From assembly GCF_003991155.1 (NCBI RefSeq), contig NZ_CP031293.1: 64,000 nucleotides of DNA. One strand, given 5' to 3'. Both the position numbers and the translations under genes were made by a program. Source of the stretch: Escherichia coli. Its GTDB lineage: Bacteria > Pseudomonadota > Gammaproteobacteria > Enterobacterales > Enterobacteriaceae. Each line of letters starts with the position of its first letter. Within the stretch, counting starts at the first letter, position 1. Below are positions 53,156-63,491 of this stretch, piece by piece. Below the pieces are notes generated by a model. That model did not search any database. It had not been told where the DNA came from and saw only the letters and a program-made list of their open reading frames with translations.

Positions 53156-53468
53156 TAACTGTCCAGGGTAATGGGAGAGGCGAGAGTAAGACGGTAACAG
53201 ACATATCTTCCGGTGTCTTTCTTTTAATACCAAAACATAACTGTTTCTTTACATTGATAAAAAATGGAAAAAGTTGAAGATGAGTTGGCGAAAATTCTTG
53301 TATAGGTTGTTATTTAAATGATGCAATATTTTTTATCATAACCTGTTGTTTTGTATGTATTAGCACTAAATGCAAAAAATTAATTTATCATTTTGTACAC
53401 ATATTTCGTACAAGTTTGCTATTGTTACCTCACTTAACATTGATTAACATTTTTAACAGAGGCGTAGC

Positions 53469-53705
53469 ATGCATCAAAATTCAGTGACTTTAGATTCTGC
53501 GGGAGCAATCACTCGTTACTTTGCAAAAGCTAACTTGCCTACTCAGCAGGAAACTCTCGGGGAAATTGTGACTGAGATTTTGAAAGATGGACGTAATCTG
53601 AGTCGAAAGTCGCTTTGTGCCAAACTTCTAGGCAGACTGGAACAAGCGACAGGGGAAGAGGAACAGAAACATTATAATGCACTAATTGGGTTGCTTTTTG
53701 AATAA
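53469..53705 (+). CDS. ycgZ: Small regulatory protein YcgZ (YmgA/AriR/YcgZ connector family)
   Basis: 78-aa ORF, first of four small tandem ORFs divergent from bluF. Confidence 0.85.
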   Translation: MHQNSVTLDSAGAITRYFAKANLPTQQETLGEIVTEILKDGRNLSRKSLCAKLLGRLEQATGEEEQKHYNALIGLLFE

Positions 53706-53747
53706 TGCAACAGCCTGATTATTTAACAGGTTAGCTATGAAGTCGTT

Positions 53748-54020
53748 ATGAAGACATCTGATAATGAAAGTACAAAATATGAAATTACTGGCCAGGCGGT
53801 GCTCCAGATACTGCGCATGAAGATAAATTTTTCGTTGCAGACTCTTATTAAGCAATTACTCGTAATGAAATCTGTTGAGGAAAATGCTTTCCGACGAGAT
53901 TTAATTGACAGCATAATTCGTGATTTTAGTAACAGTGATACAGGAGGGCCAAACAGAAGAACAGCGATAACTGACAATAAAAGTATTTTCAATGGTAAGA
54001 AAATAAACAGAATACATTAA
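53748..54020 (+). CDS. ymgA: Small regulatory protein YmgA
   Basis: 90-aa ORF, second of the tandem small ORFs. Confidence 0.85.
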   Translation: MKTSDNESTKYEITGQAVLQILRMKINFSLQTLIKQLLVMKSVEENAFRRDLIDSIIRDFSNSDTGGPNRRTAITDNKSIFNGKKINRIH

Positions 54021-54048
54021 AATTTCATAAGTAAGATGAGAGGTTACT

Positions 54049-54315
54049 ATGCTTGAAGATACTACTATTCATAATGCAATAGCTGATAAAGCGTTATCAA
54101 GTTACTTTCGCAGTTCGGGTAATTTGTTAGAAGAAGAGTCAGCTGTGTTAGGGCAGGCTGTCACCAATTTAATGCTTTCAGGCGATAATGTTAATAATAA
54201 AAATATTATCTTAAGTCTGATACACTCCCTGGAAACAACAAATGATATCCTCAAAGCTGATGTGATCAGAAAAACACTGGAAATCGTGTTGCGATACACA
54301 GCGGATGATATGTGA
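54049..54315 (+). CDS. ariR: Small regulator AriR (YmgB)
   Basis: 88-aa ORF, paralogue-like to YmgA and YcgZ. Confidence 0.85.
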   Translation: MLEDTTIHNAIADKALSSYFRSSGNLLEEESAVLGQAVTNLMLSGDNVNNKNIILSLIHSLETTNDILKADVIRKTLEIVLRYTADDM

Positions 54316-54427
54316 CTTTTAATTATTAAGTATAAATTTATAGAAAACTCATTCATCTTATTTTTGTCTGTCGCTTTAGACTATACACAGCATAATTTTA
54401 TTGGGTTAATATTTCTACGAGGCTGAC

Positions 54428-54676
54428 ATGAATAATTCAATCCCAGAGAGATTTATTTTGCAATGTGCTTTGTTTAAAAATCTCGAGAGGGAGGTGTTCA
54501 TGACGCATGGGTATGTTGATAGTTATATTATTGATCAGGCTTTACGCTTGCGTTTAAAAGATGAAACCAGTGTGATTCTTTCTGACCTCTATCTGCAAAT
54601 ATTGCAGTACATTGAAATGCATAAGACTACACTAACGGATATCATTATTAATGACAGGGAATCCGTGATCTCTTAG
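54428..54676 (+). CDS. ymgC: Small protein YmgC
   Basis: 82-aa ORF, last of the ycgZ-ymgA-ariR-ymgC cluster. Confidence 0.8.
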   Translation: MNNSIPERFILQCALFKNLEREVFMTHGYVDSYIIDQALRLRLKDETSVILSDLYLQILQYIEMHKTTLTDIIINDRESVIS

Positions 54677-54770
54677 AACTTGAGTAAGGTTATAGAATAA
54701 ACATCAGCTGTATTACCATGCTGGTGCAAAGTGAGCATTTCAGGCGTTATGCTTTCTTAATATGTCCGCA

Positions 54771-54824
54771 ATATCAGGTGTCAAGAATGGAGAGTTCTCG
54801 CTCTCCATTCTTGACACCTGATAT
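54771..54824. repeat. 24-bp perfect inverted repeat (large hairpin or cruciform)
   Basis: atatcaggtgtcaagaatggagag - ttctcg - ctctccattcttgacacctgatat, about 95 nt downstream of ymgC. Confidence 0.7.
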
Positions 54825-55007
54825 CCCGCCTAATTTATTTTATCCTATCTACATTATGCTCAATAATTAATGGGTTAGATCAAGATGGAGAAAATTTTAT
54901 CTTCGGCGTGGATATTTCTTATGCTCTCTACCATGCTCTCTGTAGATGCCAGCGCGAGCGAATGAATGGCATTTTCATGTATTAAACCCTTTGGCCGGGA
55001 CAAGCAA

Positions 55008-56531
55008 ATGCGCAATACACTCATACCCATCCTCGTTGCGATATGCTTGTTTATAACCGGTGTCGCTATTTTGAACATCCAGCTCTGGTATTCCGCAAAA
55101 GCAGAGTACCTGGCGGGAGCGAGATATGCCGCCAACAATATCAATCATATACTTGAAGAAGCGTCACAGGCGACTCAAACAGCGGTTAACATTGCCGGGA
55201 AGGAATGCGACCTCGAGGAGCAATATCAGCTTGGCACTGAAGCAGCTCTGAAACCTCACCTGCGCACAATCATCATTCTCAAACAGGGAACGGTCTGGTG
55301 TACATCCTTACCGGGGAATCGGGTCCTGCTGTCTCGTATTCCTGTTGTCCCGGACAGTAATTTACTGTTGGCTCCGGCAATCGACACCGTTAATAGATTA
55401 CCTATCCTGCTCTATCAGAGCCAATTTGCAGATACGCGCATTTTGGTTACGATAAGTGATCAGCATATTCGCGGGGCGCTTAATGTACCCTTGAAAGGGG
55501 TAAGGTATGTATTACGCGTGGCGGATGACATTATTGGACCTACGGGTGATGTGATGACGCTTAATGGACATTATCCCTATACCGAGAAGGTTCACTCCAC
55601 AAAATATCATTTCACTATTATCTTTAACCCGCCACCACTCTTTAGCTTCTACAGACTTATCGATAAAGGCTTTGGGATATTGATATTTATTCTGTTAATC
55701 GCCTGCGCCGCTGCTTTGCTGCTTGATAGGTATTTCAATAAAAGCGCAACGCCTGAAGAGATCCTGCGACGGGCTATAAATAATGGGGAGATCGTCCCTT
55801 TTTACCAACCTGTGGTAAATGGTCGGGAAGGGACATTGCGGGGAGTTGAGGTGTTAGCCCGCTGGAAACAACCTCACGGTGGATATATATCACCCGCGGC
55901 ATTTATTCCACTTGCTGAAAAATCCGGATTAATCGTTCCGCTTACGCAAAGCCTGATGAATCAGGTTGCCAGACAGATGAACGCTATCTCGAGTAAACTG
56001 CCGGAGGGTTTTCATATTGGAATTAATTTTAGCGCCTCGCATATTATTTCGCCGACGTTTGTCGACGAGTGCTTAAATTACCGTGACAGTTTTACCCGCC
56101 GCGATTTAAACCTCGTTCTGGAAGTCACCGAGCGTGAGCCATTAAATGTTGATGAAAGTCTGGTTCAGCGGTTGAACATTCTGCATGAAAATGGTTTTGT
56201 CATCGCGCTGGATGATTTCGGTACTGGCTACTCAGGGCTTTCTTATCTGCATGACCTGCATATTGATTATATCAAAATTGATCACAGTTTCGTTGGCCGC
56301 GTCAACGCAGACCCAGAATCAACCCGAATTCTGGATTGTGTATTGGATCTGGCGCGTAAACTTTCGATCAGTATCGTCGCTGAAGGTGTCGAAACGAAAG
56401 AACAACTTGATTATCTGAACCAAAATAATATCACATTTCAGCAGGGTTATTATTTCTATAAACCTGTTACATACATCGACCTGGTCAAAATTATCCTTTC
56501 TAAACCGAAGGTGAAGGTTGTGGTTGAGTGA
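55008..56531 (+). CDS. pdeG: CSS-motif-domain c-di-GMP phosphodiesterase (EAL)
   Basis: ORF trimmed to ATG 55008 (MRNTLIPILVAICLF..., 507 aa); N-terminal transmembrane segment, periplasmic domain, second transmembrane segment, C-terminal EAL-type domain. Confidence 0.87.
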   Translation: MRNTLIPILVAICLFITGVAILNIQLWYSAKAEYLAGARYAANNINHILEEASQATQTAVNIAGKECDLEEQYQLGTEAALKPHLRTIIILKQGTVWCTSLPGNRVLLSRIPVVPDSNLLLAPAIDTVNRLPILLYQSQFADTRILVTISDQHIRGALNVPLKGVRYVLRVADDIIGPTGDVMTLNGHYPYTEKVHSTKYHFTIIFNPPPLFSFYRLIDKGFGILIFILLIACAAALLLDRYFNKSATPEEILRRAINNGEIVPFYQPVVNGREGTLRGVEVLARWKQPHGGYISPAAFIPLAEKSGLIVPLTQSLMNQVARQMNAISSKLPEGFHIGINFSASHIISPTFVDECLNYRDSFTRRDLNLVLEVTEREPLNVDESLVQRLNILHENGFVIALDDFGTGYSGLSYLHDLHIDYIKIDHSFVGRVNADPESTRILDCVLDLARKLSISIVAEGVETKEQLDYLNQNNITFQQGYYFYKPVTYIDLVKIILSKPKVKVVVE

Positions 56532-56662
56532 AAATTGATCAGCAAGGCCATGGTGCGGTGTAATTATAGACAGCTAATTAGCTCGTTGCCTCTTGTTACT
56601 ATTGTTCATTATTTTGTTTGCTATAATTGTTTGAAAGTTTTGACAGGATTGCCATTAGTAGC

Positions 56663-56881
56663 ATGAACAATAGTAATAATCTGGATTATTTCACTCTCTA
56701 TATCATCTTTTCCATTGCATTTATGCTGATCACTCTCCTGGTCATCCTTATTGCAAAACCCAGTACCGGGCTGGGAGAAGTGCTTGTGACGATAAATTTG
56801 CTTAATGCCCTTGTTTGGCTGGCGATCAATCTGGTTAATCGATTAAGGGAAAGACTCGTCAGCCACAGGGATCAGCACTAA
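56663..56881 (+). CDS. ymgF: Small inner-membrane protein YmgF
   Basis: ORF trimmed to ATG 56663 (MNNSNNLDYFTLYIIFSIAFMLITLLVILIA..., 72 aa), two predicted transmembrane helices. Confidence 0.8.
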   Translation: MNNSNNLDYFTLYIIFSIAFMLITLLVILIAKPSTGLGEVLVTINLLNALVWLAINLVNRLRERLVSHRDQH

Positions 56882-57280
56882 ACTTTCAGTTTCTCACTGT
56901 CAGTATGCGGCTGAATGGGTTGCTGGCAGTGAACGCCTGGGTCATTGAAGGAAAGGTATTATTGCGCAAATAGTTGTCAACCCTGGTGTTATCACAGTTG
57001 TTTTTATATATCATCGAAATAATTCCAATGGCAACTATTAATAATTTTGATGTCGAAGAGTTATTTGTTAAACAAATTCGTCACTCCAAAGTGATCAATG
57101 TCATGAAAATAAGGTGAAAAATGATAATGCTGACTTATTTATCATTTATGTATTGTCGCTGTTTATCTATTTAAATTTCTTGTGCTTTTGTTTTTGTCTT
57201 TACCCTCCGTTTTGGTAATCTGAACTCATAGGTTATTTGACCAGGAATGTTTGTTAATCCAATGAATGGATGGTTAATCT

Positions 57281-59929
57281 ATGAAACTGAAAAAACTCCC
57301 CGGGTTTAGTTTGGGACTTATTGCTTTGGCGGTGGGTAATGCATATGCTGAACAGTTTATTCAGTACGATGAATATAAACATGCTGTGGCAATAAAAGAT
57401 GGAGAAGTAAAAGATATTGATAATGCGCTAGTTATAACAACGGGTAATGGAAGTTACGGGGTATCTGTTGCAGGAGAGGGTAGCAATTTAACCATTAACA
57501 AAGGCGTCATTGTAACAACGGGTGGTTTATATCCTTCTGGCAATAGTCCTCTAAGCACAGTATATACAGCTAGCGCAGTCGTAAGTGAATATGGCGGTGC
57601 AGTTATTTTGCAGGGTAATAATACGATTGTCACAACGGGGGATTACTCAATTGGTTTGCTAAGTCAAACGAATGGAAACCTGAATACTGATACCATAATA
57701 AGAGTCAACACTGACGGTTCGGTTAACCCCCATTTATCTGACGAAGGTAATACTTTTATTGTTACTGCGGGTAATCACGCAGTCGGCGTTCTTGCTTGTG
57801 CATCTCCCGGAAGCGCGCGTGCGTGTGTATCTTCTCTTGATGAAGAAAGTACTGCCGATACAGGAAGTAATGAAAATAACGCCAAAGCAAAACTGGATAT
57901 GGCAAAAGGGGAGATAACAACCCACGGAACAGAAAGTTATGCCGCTTACGCTAATGGCACTGTCGTCAAGGCGGGTAGCAAGCTTGATTATACCAATGCC
58001 AGCGTTACATTAACCGATGTTGATATTACCACGCATGGGGACAATGCTCATGCCATCGCTGCTCGCCAGGGGACTGTTTCATTTAACCAGGGAGAAATTC
58101 ATACAACGGGTCCTGACGCCGCGATTGCTAAAATTTATAATGGCGGCAAGGTGACGCTGAAAAATACATCTGCAGTCGCGCATCAGGGGGCTGGAATTGT
58201 GCTGGAGTCTTCCATAAATGGTCAGGAAGCAACGGTAGATATTTTATCTGGTAGCTCACTACGGTCAGCAAATGAAATCCTCTACAATAAAAATGAGACG
58301 AGTAACGTGACCATTACGGATAGTGAGGTATCATCGGCTGCAGATGTTTTTATTAATAATATTAAAGGTCATTTGGCCATCGATGCATCTAATTCAAAAA
58401 TAACGGGTTCAGCCAATCTTTCAACAGATGATAGCACTCATACCTATCTGTCGCTTTCAGATAATAGTACCTGGGATATTAAAACTGACTCAACGGTGAG
58501 CAAGCTCACGGTTGACAATAGTACGGTCTATATTTCCCGGGCAGATGGAAAGGCTTTCGAACCAACAAGATTAACAATAACTGAAAATTACGTTGGTAAT
58601 AATGGCATATTGCATCTCAGAACTGAATTGGGTGATGATAATTCAGCTACGGATAAAGTCGTTATTAATGGAAATACCTCTGGAACAACCCGAGTTAAAG
58701 TTACCAATGCTGGCGGCAGCGGGGCTTACACGTTAAATGGGATAGAGATTATCAGCGTTGAGGGGGAATCAAATGGGGAATTTATTAAGGATTCGAGGAT
58801 TTTCGCCGGTGCCTACGAATATTCATTAACCCGAGGTAATACCGAAGCGACCAATAAAAACTGGTATCTGACTAACTTCCAGGCAACGAGCGGCGGTGAA
58901 ACAAACTCCGGAGGAAGTTCAGCGCCTACTGTTGCGCCTACCCCCGTTCTGCGCCCCGAAGCTGGAAGTTACGTCGCCAACCTGGCAGCCGCTAACACTC
59001 TTTTTGTTATGCGTCTGAACGATCGTGCAGGTGAAACGCGCTACATCGATCCTGTAACTGAACAGGAGCGTTCAAGCCGACTTTGGCTACGTCAAATTGG
59101 CGGGCATAATGCCTGGCGTGACAGCAACGGACAGTTGAGAACGACCTCGCATCGCTACGTCTCGCAGTTAGGGGCGGAGCTGTTAACCGGTGGTTTTACC
59201 GACAGTGACAGTTGGCGTTTGGGAGTGATGGCTGGTTATGCCCGCGACTACAACTCAACTCATTCCAGCGTGTCGGATTATCGTTCGAAAGGGAGTGTCA
59301 GAGGCTATAGCGCAGGGCTGTATGCCACCTGGTTTGCCGATGACATCAGTAAAAAAGGCGCATACATTGACGCCTGGGCGCAATATAGCTGGTTTAAAAA
59401 CTCGGTGAAAGGAGATGAATTAGCCTATGAATCCTATAGCGCGAAAGGTGCAACCGTCTCGCTGGAAGCGGGTTACGGTTTTGCCCTGAATAAATCCTTT
59501 GGTCTGGAAGCGGCGAAATATACGTGGATCTTCCAGCCACAGGCACAGGCTATCTGGATGGGCGTCGATCATAATGCGCACACGGAAGCCAATGGCTCAC
59601 GTATTGAGAATGACGCAAATAACAACTTCCAGACCCGACTTGGTTTCCGCACCTTTATTCGTACTCAGGAGAAAAACAGCGGTCCTCACGGTGACGACTT
59701 TGAACCTTTTGTTGAAATGAACTGGATCCATAACAGTAAAGATTTTGCTGTCTCAATGAATGGTGTGAAAGTCGAACAAGACGGGGCGCGTAATCTGGGG
59801 GAAATTAAACTTGGCGTAAATGGCAACCTGAATCCGGCGGCCAGTGTCTGGGGTAATGTGGGCGTGCAGCTGGGTGATAATGGCTACAATGACACCGCAG
59901 TGATGGTGGGCCTGAAATATAAGTTCTGA
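57281..59929 (+). CDS. ycgH: Autotransporter (type Va secretion), full-length
   Basis: Uninterrupted 882-aa ORF: signal peptide MKLKKLPGFSLGLIALAVGNAYA, Thr/Gly/Asn-rich beta-helical passenger, C-terminal beta-barrel ending ...VMVGLKYKF. Confidence 0.85.
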   Translation: MKLKKLPGFSLGLIALAVGNAYAEQFIQYDEYKHAVAIKDGEVKDIDNALVITTGNGSYGVSVAGEGSNLTINKGVIVTTGGLYPSGNSPLSTVYTASAVVSEYGGAVILQGNNTIVTTGDYSIGLLSQTNGNLNTDTIIRVNTDGSVNPHLSDEGNTFIVTAGNHAVGVLACASPGSARACVSSLDEESTADTGSNENNAKAKLDMAKGEITTHGTESYAAYANGTVVKAGSKLDYTNASVTLTDVDITTHGDNAHAIAARQGTVSFNQGEIHTTGPDAAIAKIYNGGKVTLKNTSAVAHQGAGIVLESSINGQEATVDILSGSSLRSANEILYNKNETSNVTITDSEVSSAADVFINNIKGHLAIDASNSKITGSANLSTDDSTHTYLSLSDNSTWDIKTDSTVSKLTVDNSTVYISRADGKAFEPTRLTITENYVGNNGILHLRTELGDDNSATDKVVINGNTSGTTRVKVTNAGGSGAYTLNGIEIISVEGESNGEFIKDSRIFAGAYEYSLTRGNTEATNKNWYLTNFQATSGGETNSGGSSAPTVAPTPVLRPEAGSYVANLAAANTLFVMRLNDRAGETRYIDPVTEQERSSRLWLRQIGGHNAWRDSNGQLRTTSHRYVSQLGAELLTGGFTDSDSWRLGVMAGYARDYNSTHSSVSDYRSKGSVRGYSAGLYATWFADDISKKGAYIDAWAQYSWFKNSVKGDELAYESYSAKGATVSLEAGYGFALNKSFGLEAAKYTWIFQPQAQAIWMGVDHNAHTEANGSRIENDANNNFQTRLGFRTFIRTQEKNSGPHGDDFEPFVEMNWIHNSKDFAVSMNGVKVEQDGARNLGEIKLGVNGNLNPAASVWGNVGVQLGDNGYNDTAVMVGLKYKF

Positions 59930-59943
59930 TCCCGCCATTAGCT

Positions 59944-59973
59944 AAAAAACCGCGTCGATTTCATCGACGCGGT
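59944..59973 (-). terminator. Rho-independent terminator downstream of ymgD (also follows ycgH on the other strand)
   Basis: Hairpin accgcgtcgat-ttc-atcgacgcggt preceded on the plus strand by an A-run (a U-run on the minus-strand transcript). Confidence 0.6.
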
Positions 59974-59986
59974 AACATATTAAATA

Positions 59987-60316
59987 TTATTTTTTGCCGA
60001 TAGTACGCATGGTGTCATCAATTGCCGTGATCAACAGCATTTGCGGGTCTTTAGCGCAAACCTGATTCAGTTTTTCTACCACTTTGGCGCTCAGTTCCGG
60101 AGATTGCTCAATTTTTAAATCACGGCTGGCAACGCTGGCATTACCCATTACCGCAACAATTTCTGCAACCTGTGCGCTGTCAGTTTTTGCCATTTCGTTG
60201 GCTTCTGCGCAAGTAATATAGGTTTCTGACGGCAAACCGTTTTTAATATTGTAGTCCTGCGCCCAGGTCATTGGTGCGAAAACAAACAGACCCGCCAGTA
60301 AAGCAAATTTTTTCAT
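59987..60316 (-). CDS. ymgD: Periplasmic protein YmgD
   Basis: ORF trimmed to MKKFALLAGLFVFAPMTWAQDY (signal peptide), 109 aa. Confidence 0.85.
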   Translation of the reverse strand: MKKFALLAGLFVFAPMTWAQDYNIKNGLPSETYITCAEANEMAKTDSAQVAEIVAVMGNASVASRDLKIEQSPELSAKVVEKLNQVCAKDPQMLLITAIDDTMRTIGKK

Positions 60317-60325
60317 CATCATTCC

Positions 60326-60670
60326 TTATTTCATTTTACCCAGAATTGCACCACCCGTACCGCCAATCACGGCACCTTTAATCGCCCCTTCGAGGCCATT
60401 TCCGGTCAGAACGCCAGTGACAGCACCAACGGCGGCACCCACTTTTGCACCTTTACGCGCATTTTTACCGTCGCGGCCTTTTTCTGTTACTGCACCAACA
60501 CCAGCGCCAACAGCTGCACCTTTCAGTACGCCATTAACACCATTGCCAGTAAGTAAACCAACGCCTGCGCCTAGCAATGCACCTTTCGTGGTGCGATTCA
60601 TATCCGCCATCGCTGGCGTGGAGCAGAACAATGCTGAGATAAGCCCGAAGGCAAGTATTTTTTTCTTCAA
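60326..60670 (-). CDS. ymgG: Glycine-zipper lipoprotein/membrane protein YmgG
   Basis: 114-aa ORF with lipobox-like signal peptide and highly repetitive Gly/Ala-rich GxxxG sequence. Confidence 0.85.
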
Positions 60671-60671
60671 C

Positions 60672-60845
60672 TTAGATGTCCGGTATTAAGTAAGTTGCAC
60701 ACACAATAATTTCGTCTTCAATTAAGATCGGCTTAACTAAAGAACGCTCGCTATTATTCAGATAATTCAAAATGAGCGTGACTGTGATGATAGGAATTAT
60801 GTTTTTTACGGGAATAAGAATAATCTCAAATGAGAAATAACTCAT
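60672..60845 (-). CDS. ymgI: Small hydrophobic protein, probable YmgI
   Basis: Hand-translated 57-aa minus-strand [60 protein letters not shown]; its stop lies 1 nt upstream of the ymgG start codon; below the ORF-track size cutoff. Confidence 0.55.
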   Translation of the reverse strand: MSYFSFEIILIPVKNIIPIITVTLILNYLNNSERSLVKPILIEDEIIVCATYLIPDI

Positions 60846-60945
60846 TGATTGACAATATTTTTATTCAAGAAGTGTCATTGAGTGTTAATACAATGTTGTA
60901 AAGGTAAGATAATCTGATTTATGAATATTATTGTGTGATTTTTAT

Positions 60946-61131
60946 GTGAGCAGAAAATATTCATCAGCAATGATTACATTAGTCATTTTATTTTGTCGAC
61001 GGCCTCATTGTCGAAAAATAAGCGTACAACAGTATTATCAGAAAAGAGTGATTTTTTATCCAACTACACTTCAGCGCACTGCGTTTAAAAAATGCCTCTT
61101 TCTTATGCGGGATATCATTATTTCATCATGA
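60946..61131 (+). CDS. ymgJ: Small protein, possibly YmgJ
   Basis: 61-aa reading frame from GTG 60946 inside the 66-aa track ORF; size and position match ymgJ of K-12; sequence identity not verified. Confidence 0.4.
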   Translation: MSRKYSSAMITLVILFCRRPHCRKISVQQYYQKRVIFYPTTLQRTAFKKCLFLMRDIIISS

Positions 61132-61537
61132 TGTCTTTGGTGAGCGGTGAACACAATACACTTGCGCTGTCTCTTCAGGAGCAATCCCCTGGTCTGGTGC
61201 CTGCGGGCTGATGTTGCAGCAGAGCTAAGGTCGCTTAGACGCTACTATCATTTATCCAATGGCATGGAATCGAAATTAGTCGATACCCGCAGTATATATC
61301 GTGAACTGGGCGCAACGCTGAGTTACAACATGCGTCTGGGGAACGGCATGGAAGTTGAGCCGTGGCTGAAGGTGGCTGTGCGCAAAGAATTTGTCGATGA
61401 TAACCGGGTGAAAGTGAATAATGACGGTAATTTTGTCAATAATTTGTCGGGCAGACGTGGAATATATCAGGCAGGTATTAAAGCCTCATTCAGCAGTTCG
61501 TTAAGCGGGCATCTCGGGGTGGGGTATAGTGTAGTGG

Positions 61538-62787
<1,250 letters not shown>

Positions 62788-63090
62788 TAGCCATGGTGCC
62801 GGTGTGGAATCCCCGTGGAACGCGGTGGCTGGTGCGAACTGGTCGTTCTGACCATCAACGATTAAACTGCGCTTCGGCGCAGTTTTCGTTTACAGGGTGT
62901 TAAAAGGGAAAATTCTGCGGCAAAAAAAGCCCGCCAGTTACGGCGGGAAACCTCATCCTATGGGAGAACAATGAATAATGAAATTGCGGGGTTATCATCT
63001 CCCAGTATACCAATACTAACAATAAGGTTATTTACTCAGCCAGGTATAAACATTTTGTTCTGTGTGGGGGGAACGGCATTAAGGTGTAAA

Positions 63091-63102
63091 GGGGGGGGGG
63101 GG
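63091..63102. repeat. Homopolymeric G12 tract
   Basis: Twelve consecutive G in the noncoding spacer between the IS-disrupted ycgI 3' end and the minE terminator. Confidence 0.8.
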
Positions 63103-63159
63103 AAGCAATGAGTAGCATCAGCAAGAATACTCGCCGCTCTTATCAAACGTGGATGAGGG

Positions 63160-63195
63160 GGATGAAAAACTCAAGGCAGAGATGACTCTGCCTTG
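63160..63195 (-). terminator. Rho-independent terminator of the minCDE operon
   Basis: Hairpin caaggcagag-atga-ctctgccttg about 30 nt downstream of the minE stop, followed on the minus strand by a U-rich run. Confidence 0.6.
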
Positions 63196-63221
63196 AAGAT
63201 AAATGCGCTTTTACAGCGGGC

Positions 63222-63488
63222 TTATTTCAGCTCTTCTGCTTCCGGCAAGGTCACGTTGAGCTCAAGAATAGAAATATCGCCATCTTTTTGCTCAAGCTGT
63301 ACGGTTACCATCTCAGGATCAATTTGTACGTATTTACAAATGACCTCAAGAATATCTTTACGCAACTGCGGCAGATAATGCGGTTCTGCATCGCTGCGAC
63401 GGCGTTCAGCAACAATAATCTGCAGCCGTTCTTTTGCAATGTTGGCCGTGTTTTTCTTCCGCGAGAGAAAGAAATCGAGTAATGCCAT
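63222..63488 (-). CDS. minE: Cell-division topological specificity factor MinE
   Basis: 88-aa [34 protein letters not shown]... Confidence 0.96.
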
Positions 63489-63491
63489 AAC

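Noticed and set aside
54875-55144. 89-aa minus-strand ORF upstream of and overlapping the pdeG start
   Set aside because: Overlaps the pdeG N-terminal transmembrane region in antisense; likely spurious, though the adjacent palindrome is reported separately.
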